Positions 29,524 to 38,933 of a stretch of DNA of 64,000 nt are shown here, piece after piece. Each line of letters starts with the position of its first letter. Within the stretch, counting starts at the first letter, position 1. The position numbers and the translations under genes are program-made. Origin of the DNA: an uncultured Chloroflexia bacterium (GTDB lineage Bacteria > Chloroflexota > Limnocylindria > Limnocylindrales > CSP1-4); assembly GCA_963712745.1 (NCBI GenBank), contig CAVQJC010000011.1, positions 160,001 through 224,000 of the forward strand. The letters are read 5' to 3'. The notes under the pieces are model-generated. The model did no database searches, was not told where the DNA came from, and worked only from the letters and a program-made list of their open reading frames with translations.

Positions 29524-29838
29524 TCAGTCAACGTGCGAGACGACCTGCAGGAACGGGAAGTGGCCAGCTTCGGTCAGCCGCTCGCTGACGATGCCCTTGA
29601 AGTGCTCCGACCAGCGCTGGTTCACCTCCATCGGCTCCAGCCGGCCGTAGCAGGTCACCGGGTCGGGATCGCATTCGGCGTAGTAGAAGACTTCTGCCCC
29701 GCGCCGGAAACCGGTCGAGTTGGTGATGCCGCAGGCGTGCATGGCCTCGATCATCTCCGGCCATACCTGCGCGTGCCGACGGTCGTATTCCTCCTCGGTG
29801 CCCGGCACCAGTCTGATCGAGAACAGGGAGTACTCCAT
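29524..29838 (-). CDS. rhaM: L-rhamnose mutarotase family protein
   Basis: EEYDRRHAQVWPEM...GITN, RW; 104 aa; GGAGG RBS. Confidence 0.85.
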   Translation of the reverse strand: MEYSLFSIRLVPGTEEEYDRRHAQVWPEMIEAMHACGITNSTGFRRGAEVFYYAECDPDPVTCYGRLEPMEVNQRWSEHFKGIVSERLTEAGHFPFLQVVSHVD

Positions 29839-29918
29839 GGCTGGCTACCTCCGCCATCACACTCACGCTACCGGCTGGGTCCCAGCGCGCCGATGACCGG
29901 CTGGCTCGCACGCGCGGC

Positions 29919-29963
29919 TTGTACGGGTGGCTCCGGGCAGGTATGGTAGCACGCATGCATACA
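29919..29963 (+). promoter_or_regulatory. Putative promoter plus operator for ABC operon 3
   Basis: TTGTAC(29919)-N17-TATGGT(29942), then AGCACGCA-TGCATACA overlapping ATG 29955. Confidence 0.55.
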
Positions 29964-31529
29964 GGCTCCCCTGAGGAGACGGCCGCGCCTGCGACCGGGG
30001 GATCCTCCAGCGCCACCGCGAGCCAGCCGCCTGTCCTTGAGATGCAGGGCATCAGCAAGGGCTTTCCCGGCGTGCAGGCGCTCGACGATGTCAGCCTGAC
30101 CTGCCTGGCCGGGGAGATCCACGCCATCGTCGGTGAGAACGGTGCCGGCAAGTCCACGCTGATGAAGATCCTTGCCGGCGCGTATCACGCCGACAGCGGC
30201 ACCATCCGCATGGATGGCCAGGAGGTTCGGTTCGCCTCTCCGCACGACTCCCAGGCTCGCGGCATCGGCATGGTCTACCAGGAGCTGAACCTCGTACCCG
30301 ATCTCTCGGTCGCGGAGAACATCTACCTCGGCCGTCAGCCGGTCGGTCGGTTCGGGATCGTGGACCGTCGCAAGCTGCGCTCACAGGCCACGGAGCTGCT
30401 GAAGGCGCTTGGCACGCCCGTCGAAACCGGGACCCTCATCCGCGATCTCTCGGTGGGCCAGCAGCAGATGGTCGAGATCGCCAAGGTCTACAGCCAGGAC
30501 CCGCGCGTCCTGGTCCTCGACGAGCCGACCTCGGCACTGACCGAGCATGAGACCGGCATCCTCTTCGATACGCTCGGACGCCTGCGGGACGAGGGCATCG
30601 CCATCATCTTCATCTCGCATCGACTCAAGGAGGTCATGGAAGTCGCGGCCCGGGTGACCGTGTTGCGCGACGGCAAGTTCGTCGGCTCCAAGCCCATCGA
30701 TGAACTGACTCCGGGTGACATCGTCACCATGATGGTCGGCCGGGACGTCAAGGACCTCTTTCCCAAGCGCAAGGTGCCCGTCGGCGAGGTGGTGTTCAAG
30801 GTCTCGGGTTTCGCCCGCACAGGTGTCTTCCGCGATGTCTCGTTCGAGGTACGCGAGGGAGAGATCCTGGGCTTGGCGGGACTGGTGGGCGCGGGCCGGA
30901 CGGAGGTGGCACGTTCCATCTTCGGGCTCGACCCCCACGACGCCGGTGAGATCCGGATCGACGGCCAGACCGTCCGCATCCGGAGTCCGCGCGATGCGGT
31001 CAAGGCGCACATGGGCTATGTGCCTGAAGACCGCAAGCGTGATGGCCTGGTGCTGGGCCTGTCGGTGCGCAGCAACACCGTCATGAGCGTCCTCTCCGAG
31101 ATCGCCCGCGTCGGCTGGATCACGCGGCGCATGGAGCTACCGACCGTCACCACCATGATCGAGCGCTTCGCCTTGCGCCCGCCGGACCCCGAGCGAACCG
31201 TGGCCACGCTGTCGGGCGGGAACCAGCAGAAGGTGGTGATCGGTCGCTGGACGGCGGCCACGCCACGCGTCCTCTTCCTCGACGAGCCCACGCGCGGCGT
31301 CGACGTGGGCGCGAAGGCTGAGATCCACGCCCTGATGGGCGAGCTGGCAGCGCAGGGCGTGGCCATCGTCATGATCTCGTCGGAGCTGCCTGAGATCCTG
31401 TCGGCCAGTGACCGCATCCTGGTCATCCACGAGGGCCGCATCACCGCCGAGTTGTCGCGTGAAGAAGCGACCGAAGAGACCATCATGATGGCCGCTACCG
31501 GCCAGGTTGCGCCGGAGGTCTCCCGATGA
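29955..31529 (+). CDS. CUT2 sugar ABC transporter ATP-binding protein
   Basis: GENGAGKST, LDEPTSAL, LSGGNQQK, DEPTRGVDVG; start uncertain. Confidence 0.95.
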   Translation: MHTGSPEETAAPATGGSSSATASQPPVLEMQGISKGFPGVQALDDVSLTCLAGEIHAIVGENGAGKSTLMKILAGAYHADSGTIRMDGQEVRFASPHDSQARGIGMVYQELNLVPDLSVAENIYLGRQPVGRFGIVDRRKLRSQATELLKALGTPVETGTLIRDLSVGQQQMVEIAKVYSQDPRVLVLDEPTSALTEHETGILFDTLGRLRDEGIAIIFISHRLKEVMEVAARVTVLRDGKFVGSKPIDELTPGDIVTMMVGRDVKDLFPKRKVPVGEVVFKVSGFARTGVFRDVSFEVREGEILGLAGLVGAGRTEVARSIFGLDPHDAGEIRIDGQTVRIRSPRDAVKAHMGYVPEDRKRDGLVLGLSVRSNTVMSVLSEIARVGWITRRMELPTVTTMIERFALRPPDPERTVATLSGGNQQKVVIGRWTAATPRVLFLDEPTRGVDVGAKAEIHALMGELAAQGVAIVMISSELPEILSASDRILVIHEGRITAELSREEATEETIMMAATGQVAPEVSR

Positions 31530-32518
31530 GCCCCTTGCTGGCCACGCAGCCGGGCGTGGAGTCGACCACTACCGTCCCTCTGGGCGGCGCTGCGCGCGCG
31601 CGCGTGCTCGTCCAGAACTACGCCATCTTCTTCGTCTTCATCGCCCTTCTGGTGGTGGGATCGCTCCTCTCCGATCGATTCCTGTCCAGCCAGAACCTGC
31701 TTAACATCGGGCAGTCGGTCGCCTTCACCGGTTTCGCCGCGCTGGGCATGCTCTTCGTGACCACGAGTGGCGGTTTCGTGGACCTCTCCATCCCGGCCAG
31801 CATGGCTTCCTCGGGCATCATCGCGCTGGCCCTCATGCCCACCCTGGGGGTGGCCGGCGGGATCGTCGTGGGAGTCATGGCAGGCGTCGTTCTCGGTTTC
31901 GTGAACGGCGTCCTCATCGGCGTCTTTCGTACGAATCCCGTGCTCACGACGCTGGGCACGAACGTCGCTGCCCTGGGCATATCGCTGATCTTTACGCAGG
32001 GCGACATCGTCTACAGTGAGAACGAGTGGTTCTCCCAGTTCGCACAGGACCGCACGCTGGGCATCCCGCACACGCTCTGGATCCTGGCTTTCGTGGCCGT
32101 CATCGCACACCTGCTTCTCTCTCACACCGTGCTCGGTCGATGGGTCTATCCGACCGGCGGCAACTATGCGGCGGCACGAGCATCGGGTGTCCCGGTCCGT
32201 CGAGTGATGGTCTCGGTATTCGTCATCTGCGCTACGTTCTCCGCCATCGGCGGCATCCTGCTTGCCTCCATCAACGAGAGCGCACGCTCCAACGCCGGTT
32301 TCGGCCAGGAGTTCAACGCCATCTCCGCGGTGGCCATCGGTGGCAACAGCATCTTCGGTGGCGCCGGGACCGTGCCGCGCACGATCATCGGCGTGCTCAT
32401 CGTGGGCGTGCTCAACAACCTCATGATCCTGGTCGGCATCCCGGCCGAATCGCAGAACGTCGTCAAGGGCGCCCTCATCGTGGGCGCGGTGCTGCTTGAC
32501 CTGAGGTTGCGACGATGA
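31526..32518 (+). CDS. Sugar ABC transporter permease
   Basis: FVDLSI, GRWVYPTGGN..AARASG, AVAIGG. Confidence 0.93.
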   Translation: MSPLLATQPGVESTTTVPLGGAARARVLVQNYAIFFVFIALLVVGSLLSDRFLSSQNLLNIGQSVAFTGFAALGMLFVTTSGGFVDLSIPASMASSGIIALALMPTLGVAGGIVVGVMAGVVLGFVNGVLIGVFRTNPVLTTLGTNVAALGISLIFTQGDIVYSENEWFSQFAQDRTLGIPHTLWILAFVAVIAHLLLSHTVLGRWVYPTGGNYAAARASGVPVRRVMVSVFVICATFSAIGGILLASINESARSNAGFGQEFNAISAVAIGGNSIFGGAGTVPRTIIGVLIVGVLNNLMILVGIPAESQNVVKGALIVGAVLLDLRLRR

Positions 32519-33534
32519 CCTCCATCAGCCCGCGGACGCTGCGTTTCATCGCCGAGAACCGCATCTACCTCTTCTTCGCGGTCGCCTTCGTGTTGGCCCT
32601 CGTCTTCATCCCTGACATCCGCAGTGTGCCCGCGCTGAGGAACGTGCTCGCGCGTGCCTCCATCGAGGGCATCATGGCCGTGGGCGTGACCATCGTCATC
32701 CTTTCTGGCCAGCTGGATCTCTCGCTGGGCTCGGTCCTGGCGCTCAGTGGTGTCGTGGCTCTCGGCTTGCAGGGAGACATCGGCCCGGTGCCGGCAGCCT
32801 TCGTGGGCATCCTGGCCGGCGGACTCGTAGGGGTCATGAACGGTGTGTTCGTGGTCAGGTTCGGCATCAACTCGTTCATCGTCACGCTGGCGGCCATGAT
32901 CGGTGTCCGAGGCATGGCCATGACGCTCTCCAACGCCGCCCCTATCCGCGGTGCCGATTCGTCCTTCGGCCCCAGCGTGGACCGGGCCATCTTCGGGCCG
33001 CTCTGGGAGGGGCTGGGGACCTTCCTCACGCCGCGCATCCTCATCTTCCTGGCGCTGCTCCTTGTCGCGCACCTGTTCCTTCTGTGGGTGCGCCAGGGCC
33101 GCAACATCTACGCCGTCGGCGGGAACCCCGAGGCAGCACGCCTGTCCGGCATCCCGACCTCGACCTACGTCTTCGGCGCCTTCGTCTTCAGTGGCCTGTG
33201 CGGTGGTCTTGCCGGGACCGTGCTCGGCCTCAGCCTGAACACCGGGTCACCGGTGGTGGGTGCTGACAGCATCCTGCGCGTCATCGCTGCCGTGGTCATC
33301 GGCGGCACCGCGCTGACGGGCGGCTCGGGGTCGATGCTCAAGACGCTCATGGGCGTGTTGCTCCTGGCACTGGTCAACACGGCCATGAACCAGGCTCGCG
33401 TAGAGGTATACGTCCAGGGCATCGTCCTCGGCATCATCCTCATCCTCGTAGTACTCATCGACGCTCTCTACAGCGCGTGGCGCACGCGCCTGGTCATCGC
33501 CGGTCAACTCGGATCGACGCGAGCTGCCGACTAG
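32515..33534 (+). CDS. Sugar ABC transporter permease
   Basis: LDLSLGS, GRNIYAVGGNPEAARLSGI, AAVVIGGT. Confidence 0.93.
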   Translation: MTSISPRTLRFIAENRIYLFFAVAFVLALVFIPDIRSVPALRNVLARASIEGIMAVGVTIVILSGQLDLSLGSVLALSGVVALGLQGDIGPVPAAFVGILAGGLVGVMNGVFVVRFGINSFIVTLAAMIGVRGMAMTLSNAAPIRGADSSFGPSVDRAIFGPLWEGLGTFLTPRILIFLALLLVAHLFLLWVRQGRNIYAVGGNPEAARLSGIPTSTYVFGAFVFSGLCGGLAGTVLGLSLNTGSPVVGADSILRVIAAVVIGGTALTGGSGSMLKTLMGVLLLALVNTAMNQARVEVYVQGIVLGIILILVVLIDALYSAWRTRLVIAGQLGSTRAAD

Positions 33535-33658
33535 CGGCGAAATCCGGTCGCAGATAGGAGGAGGACACCGCGAGAACACCAGCCTCGACCCGTGATGAGG
33601 AGGAGTCACGGGCCATGGACTTCCACCGAGTCCCACTGAGAAGGAGTAACCGATCGAC

Positions 33659-34624
33659 ATGAAGAGCACTCTGAAACTCATCGGCGTCGTGGCGACGCTC
33701 GCAATCGCAGCCACAACGCTGGCTGTCCCCGTGGCGGCGCAGGACGAGGAGATGGGCAAGACAGCCTGTCTGCTCGCGCCCGCTTCGACCACCCCATATT
33801 CGGCCCGCATCAACGCGAAGATCGAGGAAGCCGGTGCCGAGCAGGGCATCGCCTTCACGGTCCTTTCCGCGGAGCAGGATCCGGCGGTCCAGGTCGACCA
33901 GATGCGTGACTGCATCGCCCAGGGCGTGGATGGCATGATCCTCATCTCGTCTGACCTCGAGGCCATCTGTCCGGTCCTCCAGGAAGCCAATGACGCTGGT
34001 ATCCCGGTCCTGACCTCCAACGCCGGTGTGAGCTGCACCGACCTGGTGGAAGGCTTCACCGGGCCCAACTACACCCTCCAGGCCAACATCATGGGTGAGT
34101 ACACCTGCAGCGACCTGCTACCCGACGGCGGCAACGTGGCCATCGTCTCCGGCGCTCTCGGCTACTCGGCCACGGTCGAGCGGACCGACGGCTTCGTCGA
34201 CAAGATCGCCGAACTCTGCCCTGACAGTGTCACCATCATCGATACCCAGCCGACCGACTGGTCTCGCCAGAGCGCGCTCCAGATCGCGCGTGACTACGTG
34301 ACCAAGTACGGCGCCGACGGCATCGACATGATCTACGCCCAGGACGACACCCTGGCCGCCGGCGTGGCCGAGGGCCTCGAGCAGTCCGGCGTGGCCCCCG
34401 GCGACATCAAGCTCGTCGGCATCGGCGGCAACGTCGATGGCTTCGACCTGATGACCAACGGCTGGATGCAGGCCACCATCTACCAGTCCCCCTTCTTCGA
34501 TGGCCAGCTGGCCGTCGACACGCTCACCCGTATCTTCGCGGGCGAGGACGTCGAGGACTTCATCCCCATCGACTCTCCCGTCATCACCCCGGACAACATG
34601 TCCGAGTACGAGCCGGCCTACTAG
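33659..34624 (+). CDS. Sugar ABC transporter substrate-binding protein (RbsB-like)
   Basis: Signal peptide ending VPVAA-QDE; ERTDGF, YAQDD, VGIGG, ATIYQSP; AAGGAG RBS. Confidence 0.92.
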   Translation: MKSTLKLIGVVATLAIAATTLAVPVAAQDEEMGKTACLLAPASTTPYSARINAKIEEAGAEQGIAFTVLSAEQDPAVQVDQMRDCIAQGVDGMILISSDLEAICPVLQEANDAGIPVLTSNAGVSCTDLVEGFTGPNYTLQANIMGEYTCSDLLPDGGNVAIVSGALGYSATVERTDGFVDKIAELCPDSVTIIDTQPTDWSRQSALQIARDYVTKYGADGIDMIYAQDDTLAAGVAEGLEQSGVAPGDIKLVGIGGNVDGFDLMTNGWMQATIYQSPFFDGQLAVDTLTRIFAGEDVEDFIPIDSPVITPDNMSEYEPAY

Positions 34625-34635
34625 GCGGGCCAACG

Positions 34636-34674
34636 CCGGGACGGGCACTGCCATCGGCAACGGCCTGTCCCCGG
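34636..34674 (+). terminator. Stem-loop after SBP gene
   Basis: CCGGGACGGGC ... GCCTGTCCCCGG with inner TGCC/GGCA pairing. Confidence 0.45.
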
Positions 34675-34767
34675 TCGTGACCAACACCCCGAGGGCGAGT
34701 CGGCCCCCATCCTCCACGCCGACTCGCCCTCCACCGTCTCCACTCCAGCGCCAGGAGGTAACGATCC

Positions 34768-35547
34768 ATGGAACAGCGCCTGGCCATCATCACCGGCTCC
34801 TCCAAGGGCATCGGCGAGGCCTGTGCCCGGCGGTTCCTGGCCGAGGGCGTCACCGTCGTCGGCATCTCGACCTCACCACCTGATGAGCCACTCGCCTCAC
34901 ACACAGGCTTTCACGCCATCGTGGGAGACGTCGCCGATGCGGCCGTCTGGGAGCAGGTCACCACGACCTACCGGGCGCTTGGCATCCTGCCGACCACGCT
35001 CGTACTCAATGCCGCGCGACCCCTGGTCGGCACCGTCATCTCACTCGAGATCGACCAATGGCGGTCCCTTTTCGAGGGCAATTTCTTCGGCGCAGTGCTC
35101 GGGGCCAAGTCGTGCCTGCCTGACATGATCGCTGGCGGAGGCGGCTCGGTCGTCGTCGTTTCGTCGGTCGACGGCTGGCTGGCGGAGCAGGGTCTGATCG
35201 CCTACGCCTGCACCAAGGCGACCCTCATCGCCTTCGCGCGCAACCTGGCTGTTGACCATGCGCGAGACAGGATCCGGGCGAACGTGGTGGCGCCCGGCAC
35301 GACCGACACCCCAGCCTTCCGGCGTGCCATGGGGACGGCCGATGACCCTGACGCCTGGATCGAAGAACGAGCCCAGCGCAACCCGCTCGGTCGCATCCTC
35401 TCCGCCGATGAGATCGCCAGCACCGCGTGGTTCCTCGCCAGCGAGGAATCCTCGGGCATCACAGGGGCCGTCGTGACGGTCGATGCGGGACTCTCGACGT
35501 CGTTCGACTTCAGACGGCCAGAGAGCCACGGATACCGCGAGTCATGA
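34768..35547 (+). CDS. SDR oxidoreductase
   Basis: TGSSKGIG, VSS, YACTK, NVVAPG, ITGAVVTVDAG. Confidence 0.9.
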   Translation: MEQRLAIITGSSKGIGEACARRFLAEGVTVVGISTSPPDEPLASHTGFHAIVGDVADAAVWEQVTTTYRALGILPTTLVLNAARPLVGTVISLEIDQWRSLFEGNFFGAVLGAKSCLPDMIAGGGGSVVVVSSVDGWLAEQGLIAYACTKATLIAFARNLAVDHARDRIRANVVAPGTTDTPAFRRAMGTADDPDAWIEERAQRNPLGRILSADEIASTAWFLASEESSGITGAVVTVDAGLSTSFDFRRPESHGYRES

Positions 35548-35597
35548 CCACCCCCATGACCTCGCCGTGATGGCATCGATCGGGCGCTGACGGGCAG

Positions 35598-36846
35598 GTG
35601 ACCATGGGATCGACCGACCTACGAGCCGCCTTTGACGGGCTCCTCGCCGACCCGGCCTACTTCCAGGATCCATATCCTGCGCTCTCGACCATCCGTGAGG
35701 CGTCGCCCCTCTACTGGAGTGACGAGTGGGGCGTCTGGATCGTCACCCGCCACGAGGACGTGGTCGCCATCCTCAAGGATCCTCAGCGCTACTCCAACGC
35801 CGGGCAATTCAGCGCCTATCTCGATCAGCTGCCCGCTGAGGCAGCGCCGTACGTCGAGCCCCTACGCCGTCACTATGCCTCGGGCATGCTGCAGTCCGAT
35901 CCGCCGGCCCACTCGCGCCTGCGACCGCTGATCAACAAGGCTTTCACGCCGCGAGTGGTCGAGGGTTCGCGCGCTCGAAATCGAGTCAATCGTCGAGGGG
36001 CTCATCGCGGAGTTTCGGGACCGCGGCAGCGCCGACCTGCAGCGTGAGTTCGCCTACCCGCTGCCGGCCATCGTCATCGCCGAGCTGATGGGCGTTCCAG
36101 TGGGAGACCGCGACCTGCTCATCGACCTCTCCGACGGCGTCGTCGGCATCCAGCGCTCCGGCAGGGCCGCAGTGGACGGCCACCTCGTCCGGTCCGCCGA
36201 ATCGATGGTGGCCATGGAGGACTATTTCCGCGACCTCTGCCGTGAACGCAAGGCGCACCCGGGCGACGATCTCATCACCGCCCTCGTCGAGGCTGAGGAG
36301 GCCGGTGATCGGCTGGATGAGGCCGAGCTCATCTCGATGTGCACGACCCTCATGATCGCCGGGCACGAGACCACGCGGAACCTCATCGCCAACGGCATGC
36401 TCACGCTTCTGCGCCACCCGGACGACCTGCGACGCTTGCAGGAGCGCGACGAGGCACTGCTCACGTCAGCCATCGAGGAGATGCTGCGCTACGAGAGCCC
36501 GATCCAGCGGGGCTGGCGGCGCATCGCCGAGGACATTGAGCTTCATGGGCAGCGCCTCCACGAAGGCCAGCTGCTGTATCTCATGCTCGGCGCGGCCAAC
36601 CGCGACCCGCGCCTCTTCGACGAGCCGGAGGACTTCCTGATGGATCGCAAGCCCAACCGCCATGTGGCCTTCGGGATGGGCGTCCACTTCTGCGTGGGGG
36701 CCCCGCTGTCCCGGCTGGAGGCCAAGATCGCCTTCCTGGCCCTGCTCGGGTTGCCGGACCTTCAGCTCACGGTCGATGACGTGGAGTGGACCGCCAGCAT
36801 CACCCATCGGGGCCTTGAGTCACTGCCGGTGGCCTTCGATGTCTGA
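35598..36846 (+). CDS. Cytochrome P450 (copy 2), single +1 frameshift at ~35978
   Basis: DPPAHSRLR in the first frame; removing one A from CGAAATC restores RIESIVEGL...YPLPAIVIAELMG; AGHETT, EMLR, FGMGVHFCVG. Confidence 0.92.
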
Positions 36847-37633
36847 TCCCATCCGCTGCTCGCTCAACGTCACGTTCCACTTCTTCGGGCGGCCGCTCAC
36901 TGACGCCCTCGATGGCGCGGTCAAGGCCGGCTTCACGACGATCGAGCTGCTCGATCCCTACAGCGTCGAGCTCGACGATCTCGAGCGAGCCCTGGATCGT
37001 CGCGGGCTCAAGGTCGACCTGTTGAACCTTCCCATGGGCGATTTCGCGGCCGGAGACCGCGGCTTTGCGGGCGACCCGCGAAGGCGCGCCGAGTTCCGGG
37101 ACGGTGTCGAGGCTGCCTTGCAAATCACAGGCCGGCTCGGCGCCACCAAGGTCAACGCGCTCGCCGGCAATCGCGTCGACGGTGTGAGCGAGTCCGACCA
37201 GTACGACTGCCTCGTCGAGCAGCTGGGCTTCGCCGCGGATCGCCTGGCTCAGGAGGGCGTGCGCCTGACGACGGAGATGCTGAACCCGATCGAGACCCCC
37301 GGATTCCTGCTCTCCTCGCTCTCGCGAGCGCAGTCGATCCTGGACCAGCTCGGCGGCAGGGTGGCGTTTCAGCTTGACGTCTACCACCTGCAGCGGACGC
37401 ACGGCGAGCTTATCCGCACCATCGAGGAGACGGCAGATCTCACCGGCCACTACCAGATCGCGGACGCCCCCGGCCGCAACGAGCCGGGCACCGGCGAGAT
37501 CAACTTCGTCAACGTCCTCGCCGCCATCGCTGCGACCGGATACGAGGGGCTGGTGGGATGCGAGTACAAGCCCAGCGCACCGGATATCGATGCATTCCTC
37601 TGGATGCATGACCTGGGTGTCGAGAAGGCGTAG
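36839..37633 (+). CDS. hyi: Hydroxypyruvate isomerase family protein
   Basis: NLPMGDFAAGDRG, EMLN, LDVYHLQ, HYQIADAPGRNEPGTGEIN, GCEYKP. Confidence 0.88.
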   Translation: MSDPIRCSLNVTFHFFGRPLTDALDGAVKAGFTTIELLDPYSVELDDLERALDRRGLKVDLLNLPMGDFAAGDRGFAGDPRRRAEFRDGVEAALQITGRLGATKVNALAGNRVDGVSESDQYDCLVEQLGFAADRLAQEGVRLTTEMLNPIETPGFLLSSLSRAQSILDQLGGRVAFQLDVYHLQRTHGELIRTIEETADLTGHYQIADAPGRNEPGTGEINFVNVLAAIAATGYEGLVGCEYKPSAPDIDAFLWMHDLGVEKA

Positions 37634-37644
37634 AGGATGACCAG

Positions 37645-38841
37645 GTGACGAGCCATCGACGAGCCGACCCGGCGGCTGGAGCGCCGCGTGATACCGATGG
37701 AGCGGCAGCCCCCGCCGCGCGCCCCACCGCTATGCTTGCGAGCGTGTCACGATCGCGTCGCGGAGAGAATGCCTACGTCCCGCAATACGTTCGGATCCGC
37801 GACGAGATCACCCGCCGGATCGAGGCCGGGGAGCTCCAGCAGGGCGAGCGCATCCCGTCGCTGCGCGAGATGTGCGACGAGTTCGGCGTCTCGTCGATCA
37901 CCGCGCGGCGCGCGTTGCTCGATCTGCTCAACGAGGGCATCGTCGAACGACGCGGAGGCCTCGGTGCATTCGTCACCGGCATGCGGCGCCGAGCCCGCAT
38001 CGCGGTCGTCATCATCGGCTACACCGAGAGCGCCTGGCGCCAGAACAGCGGCTCCTTCGGGCAGCTCGTCGGTGGGATCGCGTCCTCGATGTGGGAGCAC
38101 GACGCGCTGCTCACGGTGCTGCCCGTGAACGATCCCATGACGGCCGCGACGGCACTGCGCCAGCTGCTGCATGACCAGCCCGTGGACGGGCTGCTGTTCC
38201 GTGTGGCGGGCGATGTCGACTGGCGCGTCGTGGATATCCCCGCCGAGCAGGAGATCGGCGCCGTCCTGATCAAACGGACTCATCCCGCGACCGCCGTGCC
38301 GGCCGTCCTCGCGGACGCACGCACGGCCGGCTCCCTGGCGGTGGAGCACCTGGTGGCCCTGGGCCATCGTCGTATCGGGCTACTCTCGGCCACGGCTTCG
38401 ACCGATACCTACCGCGACCACAAGGCCGGCTTCATCGAAGCACTCGACGGTCATGGCATCCGTGTCGGTCGCGAGCTTGTGACGGCCGTGAACAGTGTCT
38501 TCGACGAGGACCGGAAGGTGGCCGCGGCGCGACTCCTTGAGCTGCAAGAGCGCCCCACCGCCATCGTCTGCGGGGCAGACTTCCTGGCACTGGACGTCTA
38601 CGAGGTGGCCGCGGAACACGGCCTGCGCATCCCCCAGGATCTGTCCGTGGTCAGCTTCGACGACATGGAGTTCGCCCAGCACCTGCAACCGCCGCTCACC
38701 ACCGTGCGGCTCTCCTACTACGACCTGGGCCGCGCGGCCGCGGCCACGCTGTTCCGTGTGCTCGAGGGGGACGAGGTCCCCACCGTGCAGGACATCTCCG
38801 TCGAGCTCATCGTGCGCGAGTCGACTGCCCCGGTCGAGTAG
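37645..38841 (+). CDS. GntR-HTH / LacI-type sensor hybrid regulator (AraR-like)
   Basis: N-terminal wHTH (GERIPS..E...FGVS.IT.RRAL..L..EG.V.R..G.G.FV); C-terminal IPQDLSVVSFDD, PPLTTV; start may be 37732. Confidence 0.92.
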   Translation: MTSHRRADPAAGAPRDTDGAAAPAARPTAMLASVSRSRRGENAYVPQYVRIRDEITRRIEAGELQQGERIPSLREMCDEFGVSSITARRALLDLLNEGIVERRGGLGAFVTGMRRRARIAVVIIGYTESAWRQNSGSFGQLVGGIASSMWEHDALLTVLPVNDPMTAATALRQLLHDQPVDGLLFRVAGDVDWRVVDIPAEQEIGAVLIKRTHPATAVPAVLADARTAGSLAVEHLVALGHRRIGLLSATASTDTYRDHKAGFIEALDGHGIRVGRELVTAVNSVFDEDRKVAAARLLELQERPTAIVCGADFLALDVYEVAAEHGLRIPQDLSVVSFDDMEFAQHLQPPLTTVRLSYYDLGRAAAATLFRVLEGDEVPTVQDISVELIVRESTAPVE

Positions 38842-38885
38842 GGCCCGACAAGCAGAACGACACAGGTCGACCTCGCCGCTTCCCC

Positions 38886-38914
38886 TATACTCCGAGTGTG
38901 TATACACGCATACC
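38886..38914 (+). promoter_or_regulatory. -10 element plus operator-like box upstream of UroD-like copy 2
   Basis: TATACT(38886) then TGTATACA-CGCATACC (38899-38914). Confidence 0.55.
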
Positions 38915-38933
38915 GGCTGCCTCGTCGGGCGAC

